A stretch of 63,705 nt of DNA, filler included, from Rhabdomonas costata (Eukaryota), in NCBI GenBank assembly GCA_019059605.1. It is 38 parts of 38 records of this genome, joined end to end, with 100 filler letters (N's around TTAATTAATTAA, not from the genome) between each part and the next. Parts side by side here need not be neighbours in the genome. Positions count along the whole stretch, not along the records: positions 23,526 to 25,104 come from JAHMHO010012685.1; positions 25,205 to 26,782 come from JAHMHO010012686.1; positions 26,883 to 28,461 come from JAHMHO010012687.1; positions 28,562 to 30,140 come from JAHMHO010012688.1; positions 30,241 to 31,819 come from JAHMHO010012689.1; positions 31,920 to 33,499 come from JAHMHO010012690.1; positions 33,600 to 35,178 come from JAHMHO010012691.1; positions 35,279 to 36,857 come from JAHMHO010012692.1; 30 more parts are not named here. The stretch is one strand, 5' to 3'. The translations under genes and the position numbers were made by a program. The notes beneath the pieces were generated by a model. It was not told the origin of the DNA, did no database searches, and saw only the letters and a list, made by a program, of their open reading frames with translations. Of this stretch, positions 24,883 through 38,380 are shown one piece after another. Every line of letters begins with the position of its first letter. The stretch's first letter is position 1.

Positions 24883-25589
24883 GTCCATTCCAACACCTCC
24901 ACAGCCGCATTCGACCGCACGTTCTCACACCACCCTTTCTCCAGACAACCATTTCACTTTCTTTCCTTGAGATTTCCGTTCCATATGAACTCCGGTCACA
25001 CGGCAGAACACCTACATCCTATGTCGTGAGCAACGGGTAGCTCGTTGGCTGACTGTGCCTTTCGGGCGCTCCATTGCTCACAGAGCATGTTTTCCACACC
25101 ACCCNNNNNNNNNNNNNNNNNNNNNNNNNNNNNNNNNNNNNNNNNNNNTTAATTAATTAANNNNNNNNNNNNNNNNNNNNNNNNNNNNNNNNNNNNNNNN
25201 NNNNTTTTGTGGGTATGAGCTGGGATGAGGTTGGGGGTTGGGGGAAAGCATGAGCAGCTCTGTGGCATTAGGAAATTCAATGCGCATACATAAAGTCTTC
25301 ATCCTCTCCTCTTCGGGCACTCCATCGTAAAACGCCACAAGCATAACATCGCCACTGAGAGTTTTCTGCGCGCGTAAATACAAATAAAAAATCTCATGTG
25401 GGTCTGCCTTTTACAATATGTTCGTGACGAGTTTAGGCTCTTTGGGGATTTTGGGGACAGAGAGGGCTCAAAGAAGAAAGGCAGCAAGCGAGGGTGCCTC
25501 GTGTGATACTCGCAAAATGTTCCCTCGCTGGCCCACATATACACCTCAATTTCATTTCACCGCGCCCACCCGCATACGGTGTTCGCCAG

Positions 25590-26643
25590 CTGGAAGCCTA
25601 CCTGGCGCAAGTCTTCGCCCACCGCCTTTTGGCTGACGTCGAGGACGGCAGCTTGGAGGAGGTCTCTCGGGTGGTGTGCCAGCTTTACCGGGAGTGCAGC
25701 CGCGGGGAATTCGGGCTTGCGCAGCGGGTGTGCTACCTCGCTGGGCAGCCTGCCCCGGTTTCCCAACCGGTATGCGGGTGAGTAGGCTCCCGTCCCTCTC
25801 TTCTTGCTCGCTCGCTCTCTCTTTCTCTCCTAAAATCAAAGAGCTCAGGAGGGAGGGAGGAAACAACCCACGGTGTAACGGTGCGTGAGTGCTGAGCTCC
25901 CCAGTGAAGGCGCATGTTTATATCCGCTGGTAATACCATGAAGCAGCAGTGGTTCTGACCTCATCTAACTTTCTAATTGAAAGACGTCGAATCCACCCAC
26001 CCCTGTATGAGCTGGGCACACCAGCAGGTTAAGAAAAGCAGCACATCGTCTGCTGCAGTGTTTTGTCTTAACCCCCCCCCCCTCCCCTCAGCGCTTCACA
26101 ATGGGTTGGAGTCCTCCATTCTGGGTTGGAGTCCTCCATTCTGGGTTGGAGTCCAAGTTGGGTTCTGAAATCTTCTTCGGACGCGGTACTTCATGCGATC
26201 ATTCTCATCCTTGGGATTCTTCCCTGTAACAATTCACCATTATTACAGTTGCGGTGTGTGCGTCTTTAGGTGAAACCTTTAATTGATGTGCCTTGGACAG
26301 CAGCGCTTGCCGTACTTGCAGGTGTGGCTCATTGGTGGGGCCTTTTCAGGGTGCTGGTCTCGACAGCGGCAGCGAGTCTGAGGATGGTGGGGACAGTGGA
26401 AATGAGGGCAAGGCCCCAGCCTCTGGGGAGGGCCCCGCTTCCCATGGAGACGTCTGTGCGATGGACTTGGACGCCGAGGAGGGCCCGCCTGCGTGCTCGG
26501 CACCGCAGCCCTCCGCTCCGGCACCCCCAAGGCCTCCCCGCGGGCGCCACCAGCGCAGTAGTGGGACCCGAGCCCACGAGGAAGGTCAGGCCGCGGACCC
26601 CCCTGAAGATGATGGGTGGACGACCGTGGGTCGGAAGTGGTGA
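25590..26643 (+). CDS. TSR2: Pre-rRNA-processing protein TSR2, C-terminal part (2 exons)
   Basis: LEAYLAQVFAHRLLADVEDGSLEEVSRVVCQLYRECSRG, then an acidic tail ending DDGWTTVGRKW*. The intron is either 25770-26349 or 25778-26321. Confidence 0.85.
26102..26154. repeat. Intronic 20-bp tandem repeat, about 2.6 copies
   Basis: Unit TGGGTTGGAGTCCTCCATTC. Confidence 0.9.
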
Positions 26644-27408
26644 GACAGAGCGTGGCGCTCACCACGCGGCGGTCTGTCGTTGGTTTCCGTTGACTTCGTC
26701 ATTGAAGTGGTTTGTGGCACCGCTGTTGCAGGTCTGAGGCTCCCGTTAGGTGCATTGAGGAGCATCTGTGTGGGCACTGTGGNNNNNNNNNNNNNNNNNN
26801 NNNNNNNNNNNNNNNNNNNNNNNNNNTTAATTAATTAANNNNNNNNNNNNNNNNNNNNNNNNNNNNNNNNNNNNNNNNNNNNTTGGTTGCCTCTTCTTTC
26901 TGGTCGTCGCTGACCTTGTGGAGGGCCCCTGGGGTAAATACCCCTCCCACCTTCCTCGCTGCTGCCACATCCCTCAGCCCCGAGAGGCGGCGGGGCTGAT
27001 TATCAGGTGATTATCAGTGAAAGTGTGTGTGTGTGTGTGTGTGTGAGCAGTTGCCTCAATACAATCCGTTGGGTGCTAAAAAGTAGTTAGGTATCCCTGT
27101 CCCTGAGAAGAAGAAAAAGTAGATCCAACCTGGAAGCCGGATGGGCACATCGACATATTACAAATAAAATGAGCTGCGATTCATGGAAATAAAGCGCTGA
27201 AATCTAAAAGAATCATACGAGCTGTATTGGACGATTAACAGACACATATCGTGTTGGTCTCACCTGTTGCACGTATGGCAGTGGTAGAAACCTTCAGCGC
27301 GCATCGCTGCCGTCCACGTGCGAGTCTTTGGACAGGGCTGGTGGACGGGAGGAGGAGGAGCGAACAGCATGGGAGTACGCAGCGGTGCAACCAACATAAT
27401 CACCCTAC

Positions 27409-28252
27409 CTTGCGACGGTAGTGGACCTCCGTGAACTTGATCCACTGCTTGCACGGGCTGAGGTCCAGCCCGACCAGCTCCTTCACACAGCGGATCGCGG
27501 TCTTCTGCAGCGTGGCGTCCTTGGTGGGGTCCGCGCCGTCCTGCGGCTTCCAGTCCCCACCCAGGGGCACCATCGTGCCCTTCTCCTTCGTGGCCACAAT
27601 AAACCTTCGTTTGCAAAAAGCAGTACACTCACTTCCGAAACAAAAGCTATGCATATAAAAGGACCTCACTTAGGTAATGTCAGATGCGCGGTGTCCGTCA
27701 AAAGCAGCAGCTGACTAACGTCAACAGAGCGGAATGCACTATCCAATGCATTCACAATGTTCTGTAATTTGGCCCTCGTCCCCAATCGTTCCCTCTTGCC
27801 CCTCGTTCCTTGACCTCCGATCAACTTCATAACATTCCATCGAAAAATGACTTGAAACTAGGCTTCACAACAGGGGGTTTGGGAGCGATACACATGTTTT
27901 GGGGAATACACCATTGACAGAAATCGGGTGGTTCACTTTTGGTTGTTTCATTAGTGCCGCCACAAAGCCAGCGAGAGCGTGGAGCAGGGGAAGGAGGGGC
28001 ATGAGATAGCCCATACTGAATTCTAGAAAGGGGAGGGAGCTGGGTCTTGGGCTTGGCTTCGCCCTCCTTCTCTGCCGGGGGCTTCGCAGGGCTGAGCAGC
28101 ATCACCCGCACGGAGTACTTGTGCTCGGCGCTGGCCTTGCCCTCCTCCGCTTCGGGCTCGGGCTGGGAGGGCTCCACAAACCACTGCGGGGCAGGGAGGG
28201 TCTTCTCGCTGTCCAACGTCAGGTTGATCGGCACGTTGGCCGGGATCTTACC
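27409..28252 (-). CDS. CCAR1: CCAR1/DBC1-family protein, inactive Nudix-like DBC1 domain (at least 2 exons)
   Basis: Exons about 28252-28017 (KYSVRVMLLS) and 27604-27409 (FIVATKEKGTMVPLGGDWKPQDGADPTKDATLQKTAIRCVKELVGLDLSPCKQWIKFTEVHYRR). Confidence 0.88.
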
Positions 28253-28649
28253 CTCAATCCTGCACCCCCCCCCCCAATATGCATCAAACCGACATACAAA
28301 GCTCGCGCACCAAACAAAGTGTGGAATGAACCCCAAAAGCAAAGCCACCAGGCATTTCAATTTTCAATGTGGCAATGCTCTTCATACTAAGCAAAAGAAA
28401 TGATGGCAGTAGCCATCCATTCGTAGTTCCACAGCTTCGTAGTTCCAAAAACACACACCCCNNNNNNNNNNNNNNNNNNNNNNNNNNNNNNNNNNNNNNN
28501 NNNNNTTAATTAATTAANNNNNNNNNNNNNNNNNNNNNNNNNNNNNNNNNNNNNNNNNNNNGGGGGTTGTGGAGAAGGTTTTTAAACATAAGAGTAACAA
28601 AAGTGTATTTAGTGTAGTTAAGATTTTGGAGAATGAATGATTCTATTAT

Positions 28650-29785
28650 CCAATAGTATCATCAGCATACAGAAAATTATTTACGAACTATTAATGGCAC
28701 GATGTTTGGGGTTGAAGCACAGATAAATTTACTGTTAATGGATTAATAATATGTGGACATTTGTGCAAATATTACTGTGGAATATCCTCAATCTTTTGAT
28801 TAACAAGCTTAAAATTGTACTAAATTGTTGATGACACATCGGCGTGCAACAAGACATAGCACTTTCCATCCTGAAGTTATTCTTATTATCAAAAAACAAC
28901 CCAATTGAAATCCAAAGCAAAATCAAAACGGCCATTCCAATCATTTGCAAAGACAAAAACGGCTCAAAACACTCCAAAGGTGCAATTAAATGGCCTCCAA
29001 TGTAACTCTAAACCGAGACATTAAGGAAATCTTAGGTTCGGCATGATATAAGCTTCTTCTCATCATCCTCAAGCAGTAGCAGCCAAAAGCTTAGACTTAG
29101 CGTGCAGTTCTTTAAATCCCAGGAAACTGCACCATGTCTATTAAAACCTTTTCCGCAAAAATGACAAAATGGTGCCATAAAGTTGTTGGTAGTAGACCTG
29201 AGAACATACAACAAGCTCAACTTATGAGAACTACCAACCCACAAAATATAAGCACAAGCCAGTAACTCTAGCTTGAGTTATGAGATCAGTGTTAGGTCTC
29301 CTGTCCTGTACGGTTTTTGTGGAGATGACCAAGGCGGATGTCACCTAGCAATATAGTGAGAGGTTTTGGGTTTTAGATTTTGATATTTTTGTACTAAAAT
29401 CATTTGCGAGGAAGCACCAGACGATTTATGAGGTTGGGTTGTTGGCTGAAGAGTCTACATAAGTCTACCTGGTAGAACCCGCAGATCACAAACCACACCA
29501 AAGTCCGCAGAAGATTAGATAACAGGAATTATTTAGAGAGACTTCAAATGACATATACAATACAGATTCCATGTTTTGTGTTGTTGGAGAGAAGCCTACA
29601 CTACGAGCATGGCATTGATTACAATCGGTGGTTTTTCGATTCGCGTGTTTGGTGCATTGATAGTTGATAGTAAGCCGCCCATAACTCGATGATATAACGG
29701 TTGGGTTGTGGTTCATTATGATGCTTTTTGGTTTCGTTGGTATAAGAGTGTTATGGTGCTCAAGTATCACTACAAAACAAACCAT
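28650..29785 (-). mobile_element. Decayed non-LTR (LINE) retrotransposon reverse transcriptase
   Basis: RT motif remnants in the correct order, broken by stops: TLIPTK..YGRLTI, SVGFSP, KGFN..VSWDL, IPQ*...P..IN, FLYADDT (near 28655-28675). The contig is AT-rich. Confidence 0.75.
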
Positions 29786-31938
29786 CTTCGCTCTTTTGGC
29801 CGTATAATTTACGCTTTGTTATGAGCTATCCACTTCTAACAAACCAGAGCCTTTTAGTGATGCCATAGATCATCAACCTCTTTTTGGTTTGTGGAGTCAG
29901 CCGCGTGTGTTACATTGACAATGGATTCTCTCCTCTCCCTACGCATCCTTTTGTGCTGGTAGATACGTTTCTTGTTTACCCACCTCGGACGCAGAACGTC
30001 TGTGCTGCCATGCCCTTTTTATGGCAGCAGTTGTGACAAAAAAGCGGTTTTCTATTTACATAACGACGAACTGACTGCTTGACCATTATCAAGCAAAGCG
30101 ATTAACGCCCCCCCCCCCAATACAATTTCCCCAAAACAAANNNNNNNNNNNNNNNNNNNNNNNNNNNNNNNNNNNNNNNNNNNNTTAATTAATTAANNNN
30201 NNNNNNNNNNNNNNNNNNNNNNNNNNNNNNNNNNNNNNNNTGTGGGTTTTCTGGTTCCTGGTCTATTCCAAAGAGTCGATTGCTGTGTCGGTGAGGTTTG
30301 CCTTGTGCTTTCATCTGTTTGCTGTGAAATTTCCTCGCGGCGGTGGCAGTGACCTCAGGTTCTGTCCCGTCTGGAACTTTCTGAAAAGGTCAATCACAAG
30401 GTCATAAAACTCTGTGGGCTAAGAAAACTTCCTTTCCCATTGTCGTTTCGGCAAGTCCGAATTTTGCTAGAAAGTTATTTGGGCCTCGGGTTGTTCATTG
30501 CCCGTGCGCTGGCATTTTATTCTTGACTGACTCACCTACGTTTTCCTCTGTTTTCTGTCACCCACCCTCAGTTTTTCTGTGCTTGTTGTGAGTTCCGTTT
30601 CTTGCACGACACGTTGCCGTAAATGTCTGTGACATTCTGTCCAGCGTCAATGGTGTGCATATAGGTTTGGGTTGGCGAGGGTTGTGAATAGGACCCGATA
30701 GCGATGGGGTCTTTCCAAAGAACTGGAGCTATTTCGTGGCATGACTCGATGACAGGAGCAACTCTTTCGGTTGGGTTTTCCAGAATCGCTGTTGTATTTG
30801 TGTGGTGAACTTTCGCTGACGTTTTTCTTTGGAATCGAGCTGAAACATGAACGCTTTGTCCGTAGGCTGTTTTCGTGTTTTGAGGGAGGGTGGGTTTGCG
30901 TATGACGATTGTTTTTTGTCTCCCTCTCTCTTTTTCTGGGTCTTTTCACGTAATTAATCGCGTCCCATCAAGCTTAATCATTGGGAAAAGGTCAACTATT
31001 TTCAACTATTAGAACAGTGCCGGGTTCGCCTGCATTGAAGGGCAGAGTAGGCTACCAAGATTGGTGGTCACGTGGAATCCGGGATAGGCGCGCCCCTGTG
31101 CGGTTCCGGCGCTGCTTCTGAAGTCATGCTTCCGCGTCTTCCGCACACTCAATACACACTCGCACACGCACGCGGAAACCCGCGTACAGCCCACTCAGTG
31201 TGGAGCCCGAGTCGACACCGTGAGCCCCCCGCGGAAGGCGCACCGTAATCTGCACTTCGCGATTTGCAGCGCCACCCCAACCGCCGAGGACTCTGGTGTG
31301 TGTGCCCCCCGTCGATGAACTCTTTTTAGCCCTTTCCAATTCTCATTTATTTGCCTTGCCTTGCAGTTTGCATCGGAAAATTCTGGACAGTCTAGCGAAT
31401 CGGTTTTGATGGTGTTCATTCAGGGCTCAGCAACCTTTTGTCACCCTAATAATACTTTGATCCTTTTTCTGTTTGCTAACCCTCCCTCCATTGTCTGTTT
31501 TAATTTTGCAGCGGCGGGGGCCCTTGCTTCCGACGGTGCCCCAAATGCAGGGCCGACCCCGCGTCGCCCTGCGGCCCAACTGAAACCTCTGCTCACTCTG
31601 TCCCCGCTGCACGGGTGCTTTGCAAATGCTCGGGCCCCTTTCCTCTTCCTTTTTTGCTTTGGCCCTTGCCTTCAGTTTGCGAAAATTTTCGTTGGTTACC
31701 ATAACCCATAACCAATAACCATAACCCAGCCGAAAGCCATAAGCAGAGCCTGCTGTCAACCGGGGGCAAAACGCAAGAAAGCCTTAAAGTGTGATCCTTG
31801 TCAGGCATTAAAACCACAANNNNNNNNNNNNNNNNNNNNNNNNNNNNNNNNNNNNNNNNNNNNTTAATTAATTAANNNNNNNNNNNNNNNNNNNNNNNNN
31901 NNNNNNNNNNNNNNNNNNNGTTTGTTGTGCTGCTGCAG

Positions 31939-32379
31939 GACGCCCTGCGAAGGGCGATCCGCAAGCCCCCGCAGATTGTGACTGGCCCGGGGTCCTCGGG
32001 AGGTGGCGTCAATGGGGTGGGTCCCCTGGTGGACGGCCGGATGACAACGATATGAAGGGGGGAGGGGTATCAGGAGGACGCGCGATTGGGGTGCGCGCCC
32101 TGGCCCTTCTCTGTAAATTGTTCACATTGCTTTGGACGGCTTTGGATGGCTCCCCATGGGAGGGTAGAATCGGTGAACGGCGGTTTTGCAGTTCCCTTTT
32201 GGGTCCCTTCTCTCTCTCTCTTCGTTGGCCAGAGAGGCTACTTGTTTAACCCGTTTTTCCGCTCTCTCTGCTGCTCCCTCTTCTGCGCAGCGTCGACCAA
32301 CATTGAGCGGTACGCCCTGGCCGTCGTTATTCTCATTGTCGCGATCCTCGCTGCAGTTAGTTGGGGGGCATTTGATTGA
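31939..32379 (+). CDS. C-terminus of a tail-anchored membrane protein (2 exons)
   Basis: Exons 31939-32002 and 32291-32379 give DALRRAIRKPPQIVTGPGSSGASTNIERYALAVVILIVAILAAVSWGAFD*. Confidence 0.55.
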
Positions 32380-33225
32380 CGAGTGATCCCCCCCCCGCGG
32401 AAGCCTATAGGCTTCCCATGGACTTGTGACCACTGCTGTGCTTGTGACAACTTCATTTCTCATTTCTCTCGCTTTCTTCGTTATTTGTTGCACACCTCTG
32501 TTGAGTTTTGTTGTAGAGGCGATCTTTGCTAGTGCTTGTTTTAGACTTGCGTGAACGGCAGGAGAATGACGGTATGACGAAAACATGGGAATAAACAAGC
32601 AGAACTAAGAACCCAGAACCAAACTGACCTGGAAGGCGGACAGTGTCTCCACGTCCTATGGGAGGGAATGTTTTGTAGTAGGTGGGACACAGGGTGATAC
32701 ACAGGATATTGCTTTGTTTGATTGGTTACGAAACAACACCGCTCCCGTCCAGCCATTTTCCCTCCCCAGCCCGCGTCTGTGTTGAGATCCGGGCCTGTGG
32801 GAGAGGACTTGGTCATGAGTCAAGAGCAGCGAGGCGTGGACGGACAAAAAAGAAAGGCATGAAAGAAAAAACGTGATAACGTGAAAAAACTGCCCCGGCT
32901 TGGGCTCGGGAGTTCTTCTTCTCCTCCTCGCATTCACTTCTGTGGAATCTGGAGAGTTCATGCCGGGTTGCCTGCGGAAACGGATGCCCTGTTCAATGCA
33001 AATTAACTTGCGTGCAACCGGTGTACCCCCCTCCTTGGTTTTCATTACAGGCGAACCTTAGAAACCCAACGAAACGTCGCCTCGGTTTTCCTGTGTCGCT
33101 TCGGTGTCTCTCTATGCTGTCAGCGCAACCTTTTCTGATTGGTTCTCAGAAGCTGTTTGTTTTGGGTGTGTGTTAGACGTAGTTAGGCCAGGAAGGGCCC
33201 CCCGACACCAGTTGGCCCTAAGAAA

Positions 33226-33495
33226 ATGGATATCCTACCCCCCGCCGCCAAGGAGCTTGTCGCGCAGTGCCAGAAGAGGGGCTTCGTGATTCCCCCGACG
33301 CTGGCGATGCACTACCTCCGCGCCAGCCTCGGGGGGTACCCCAAGGACGACTCCCACTGCGTCGAGATCGACGCTGCTGAAGTGCAGGGCGTGGTGGACC
33401 GGGCCGTGGTGGAGCTGTGCCACACGGACTGCCCCGCGCTCGACGCGGTGAAGCTGCACGCCAGTCTGGGCGCGCGGCGCCAGGAAGCTACCCAA
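33226..33495 (+). CDS. CFAP206: CFAP206-like cilia/flagella protein, N-terminus (3' partial)
   Basis: KELVAQCQKRGFVIPPTLAMHYLRA...EVQGVVDRAVVELCHTDCPALDAVKLH resembles the CFAP206 N-terminal pattern (E...C...G..V..TL....P.LD..K). Confidence 0.65.
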
Positions 33496-36140
33496 CCCCN
33501 NNNNNNNNNNNNNNNNNNNNNNNNNNNNNNNNNNNNNNNNNNNTTAATTAATTAANNNNNNNNNNNNNNNNNNNNNNNNNNNNNNNNNNNNNNNNNNNNC
33601 TCTTTGCACTCTTCCTTGGTACCCTTCCATTGCACAATGCACAATGAAATAGCGGGCAAAGGAGAACCCCATTCGATCTTGTCCTCAAAGTTAACGGATT
33701 CAATGACAGAACAGCCCAAGTCAAGTGCACCACCCCTGGCTGCCACCATGTACTCAAACTTGAGCCTGCGCCAGGTTTGTCTTGTCCGTTGACTGCAGAA
33801 GAAGGAAACAAAGCGGGGGAAAGGACGTGATATAGTAGGCTCCAACGTAAACTGAGACTTTTGACTACATAAACGGAGCAGACGGGTTCGGGCGAGAGAG
33901 AGAGAGAGAGAGCAATCAACGCAACTGCCCCTAAGTCAAACAAAAAATTCCAGGGGCTGAGCGGTATGCACAGTTGACGCTGTTCGATGTCTAGCGTCGG
34001 TCAAACACCCGTTAGACGCCCCCCTCCAACTGTGCATGCCCCGAGCGGTACAAATTCACTTCCACAAAATTACTTCCGCCACAAAGGATAGCTGGGATTC
34101 CTTTTTGTCAATAGCGATAGCTCTGCACAAGGACGGATGGAACACCAGTGTGAAAGCACTCCGACTGTGCAATGCATACAGACTAGGAATCAGGCCCCAT
34201 ACGGAGCAGCTATGCACCCTTTTGTTACGCCTGATGTTTGGGGTTGGATGCGCACGCCGTGCACCAAAGCTCACCTATATCATCTTCAAAAATACTGCTC
34301 CATGAGCCGAAGCTCACTGTTGAAAAAGGAAAAACCCGGAAATCTCAATGCAATCATCTCCAAACCGAATTTTTGCCTGTTTGACTTTCAACCATGAGCT
34401 TCCCTCATCTACTCATACAGTGAAGTTTTGAGACCAGCGGCAAAAAAAAATAGGGTAAAAAGACCTGTTGCACATTAAAATCTCAGTTTCCAGGTGATGA
34501 ATATAAATCACCATGGCATAATAGACTTCTCAGCGGTGCAAAAGCAATTCAGGGAATCGGGAAGTGCGCAGAGAAGGTTTCCCGGTCAGCCCCTTTCCAG
34601 TCCAGTGTGGTCCACCCAACAGAGCACGACGGATGTGCCTCAACCCTGTGAGTCCACTGGGGCTCTTACAGGTTTTAGCAAGTCCCACAAAAAAAAAACA
34701 TCCAAACTCAAGAGGCTTGACGCTTGGGAAGAAGAAGCATATGTAGGAGTTCTTACTGTCTCTGAATCAAGATATTGGAGGGCCTCCATGTACCGTTCGG
34801 TATGCGTTGAATGATGCGCGTTTTCAAACGGATTTTCATATCACGTACGCGGTGCATGTTATACTGAGAGGATTTGTGAGGCAGTGGGAGGAAGGAAAAC
34901 TTGGAGGTTTTGAAGGCATAATAGCGAATGGTCTTTGCTCACACTGCAAACCGCACATCACTGCATCACAGCATCCACGACAAAGACTGGCCAGCCTAAT
35001 GCAAAAAAATTCCCGCAATTGTGTAATTTCCGAAGAGAAAAGTCCCTTTTTTCCTGTAGAGTCTTCACAGTTCTTTTTTTGCAAAGCACAAAAAAGTCTT
35101 GTGGTTCGTAAACGCACCCAGAAGAAACAAACCTCTACCACGTGAGGGGGTAGCTCCCCCACAACGCCGTCAACCCCCNNNNNNNNNNNNNNNNNNNNNN
35201 NNNNNNNNNNNNNNNNNNNNNNTTAATTAATTAANNNNNNNNNNNNNNNNNNNNNNNNNNNNNNNNNNNNNNNNNNNNGTGTTGGGGTGGTCCAAGGTGT
35301 CCCACTTCTTTTCAGTGGGGTTTGGCCAGAGGGGCCCACAATCTCTCTTGATGTTTGATGTAGCACCTGTTTGAGGCTGCAACCGCTGAAGAGCAGTTGC
35401 CCGGCCTCCACGAAAGACGCTGGTTGCAAAGCCTACCTCACGCCATTTAGACAAGGAGGGCAAAACGCAAAACGGATAAAACAGAGATGGCAAAATCAAA
35501 AGTTCCGAGCGAGAGCACAAATCATTACATAACGAGGCGAATGAGCCTGTTAGAGGAAGAATTGCAAGGTGAGTGACAAAGTTCGACCAAAGTTCGTCAG
35601 TTATAAATGCAAAGTGCAGGAGCTGGCCTTCACAAGCTCTGTCGCAACCTTCCCCACCCTTCGCCAGAGGATGGATGAAAGGCTGGTCGTGGTTTACCTT
35701 TAGGGTTCGGAAAACAGATATCGGGAAGTTGGACTTGACGGAAAATGCCAAAGGACAATCGAACGACACAAGCAGGAAATCGTCCTCAAAAGTATTATCT
35801 ACAGATACTCCACAAATGCCCACCATAAAAAGTGCGGCACGAATGGTACAGGGTCCTTCAGCACAACGATCGATAAAGCACAGTGCACAGCGTATTCACA
35901 ACGACAAGAAAAGATAACTTACAGAAACAATAAGGTGAGGGGGAGGGGGAAGGTCATGCCACAACACGACTGAAGGAAGAACGCTGCATCGAGTTACAGC
36001 ATAAATTGGTCAACACATCGCCCGAATGGATCCAACATATCCCTATACGTCCCTCCCGCACAATTCATCGCAGAACGGACATTACACAAACCCCTTTCTT
36101 TAGTAAGAAGCACAACACCCGACCAAAAAAGCAGCGGATC

Positions 36141-36814
36141 TCAGTGCAAATTGCGCGAGACCAAGGTGGCCAGCTCGCCTCGAGTCACGGTGCGTCGCTT
36201 GTAAGGGTTGACGTATGAGGCCTCCACCTCCAAAGTTTTCACAAGCTTTTTCCCTCCCCGCAGAAGAGTGCAGCTCACTCGGTCGCCCGGTCGGATCTGT
36301 GGTTCGTTGAGGGGAGGGAGAGCGAGATGCATTCGGACAAAGACGACTCGAGCACTGTATTGCCTGCAGAGACAAAGAAAAAACTTCCATATATATAGGA
36401 CGACATAGAGGTGAAGCGCTTCGGCCGCAATTTCATTCTTGCAGATTTTCACGTGTACACGTACAGCGTGCAACATCATGCCTGCTCGATATTCACGTTA
36501 ATCTCACCCCCCGCGCGCGCGCCGCCTTCGACCAAGCTGCCAGGCATTTACAAGGTCATGCCAAGCTGAGTGTTTGAGGTATTGTTTGGTCATCGCAAAG
36601 CGGACATAACCACAGAATACGGATGTCCTCTCCATGAGAAGTATGAACAAAACACCGCCATAAAATTTAGGCCTCATACTTTGTCGCAGGCCTGCTTGAA
36701 GTCAAACAAGTCCCGGATCACAGCGGAGTGGCGAATCTCAGTATGCTGGATCAGGTCCTCTGGGAGCAGTCCAGCGACCCCAGCAGGGCCTCGCACCGTC
36801 AGCACGCTCACCCC
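36141..36814 (-). CDS. PDZ-domain protein fragment (2 exons)
   Basis: Exons 36814-36680 and 36296-36141 give GVSVLTVRGPAGVAGLLPEDLI...IRDLFDFKQACDKIRPGDRVSCTLLRGG. Confidence 0.75.
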
Positions 36815-37134
36815 CTGCAAGATTGAGAAACCCCCGCCCCTCCCACTCTGCACACTCNNNNNNNNNNNNNNNNNNNNNNNNNNNNNNNNNNNNNNNNNNN
36901 NTTAATTAATTAANNNNNNNNNNNNNNNNNNNNNNNNNNNNNNNNNNNNNNNNNNNNGTGTGGGTTGGTGTGCCCACCAAAGAATTCCTATCTTTTTCAT
37001 GCGGAATCATCAAGGCTGAGACTCGGATTGAAGGAAGGCAAAAGTTCGGAAAACGAGCCGTGAAGCATTCACATTGCCTGGATGAAACGCCGCAAGCACC
37101 AAGGGAGCAGGAATTCACCTGTGCAAAAGGATGC

Positions 37135-38380
37135 CACGATCTCCGTCTCGGGCTTGGGCAGCATCTCCAGCTGCAGCCTCTCTGCAAGCTGTAGGGCAGT
37201 CGCAACCAGCTCCCTGTGCGAAGGGGGGAGGAGGCAGAAGGAGATGGCTCTGCGCTTTGATTCCAATTATGGAGGCCAACCGTTACACTGAGCTCACCTG
37301 AGCTCACGGCACCTGACTCCTGCGTGCTTGCCTTGAAGGATGGTGGGGCCATGGCTCTGTTTCCAATGCACTGCTAGGCAATATCGCTATCGTGGCAGAG
37401 TTGAGGACGCACTACCCTGACGTGCCCGCCACTGCACAAACTAAATAGCAGCAACAGCACAACATGCAACTTGCAATCTAATTGAAGATGAGATTCTTCA
37501 GCAACCCCTGAACTCGGGATTTGCGGTGAACTGGGGGTGCTGCTGTTAGAGACTGGACAATAGCGGGAACGGAGCTACTTGAGTTGGGTCAGCTGCTTGG
37601 GCTGGGTCGGAGCCCCCGCCTTGGCCAGGAAGGACACCACGCACCGCATCGGGCCATTGGTGGCGAAGTGGATGAGGGGCCACCACTCCTCCGTGGCGGC
37701 GTCGGGGGTAAGCAGTGCCTTTTTAAAGGAGAATATAAGGTTTCCTTTTCGGCACATGACTTTAAAACACATCACCACGCCCTCCACCCTCCACGGTTGT
37801 TTCCTTATCTCTCATTTTGCCGGCATTTGTTGAGCAGCTGACATATGCTGTGGCTGTTTTGTTTGAAACACCACCACCACAAGTCTTTCTCGTTCATGTC
37901 ACAGCCTAAAGCGTGCCAATGTCAACTGTGCACGTACAAAAACACGCATATGTATGTCAACAATATGCCAAATCATACATTGTCGGTTCGCAACAGTGAA
38001 AACACCCAACTCGAAAATGTGAAATCCAGAAACAAGTGGGATGTGCTCAACAAGCAAAGAACAAAGACTCGTCAGGATCGTATGTTCACCAGTTTTTTTT
38101 TTACATATAAAGGTAAAAATAAGGGAATGCAACGAAGAGAACAGCGCGCACAAGTCCCAATTCAGTCTTCAGTTTTCTCAACCAAAGCTCAGCACGAATG
38201 TGTTTCTGAAAACACAGCGCCGTCAGCTTAAGCACGAAGCGAGCGATATACAGGGACAGGTTCCTTTGGAGGTTCTCCTCCGGCACGGGGCACTCTTCCA
38301 CCTCTCCATGGCCCACGGCCTGGTACTGGAAATTTCTTCTTCTGGGAGTGCGCTCCTCTGGGAACCTTCCCTGATCTACG
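37135..38380 (-). CDS. Probable exons of an unknown protein
   Basis: GC-rich blocks bounded by splice-like sites (EEWWPLIHFATNGPMRCVVSFLAK; ELVATALQLAERLQLEMLPKPETEIV). The full phase chain was not resolved. Confidence 0.35.

Noticed and set aside
31007-31018. TATTAGAACAGT resembling part of the trypanosomatid spliced leader
   Set aside because: Only 12 nt match. The conserved TTCTGTA core and the splice donor are missing.
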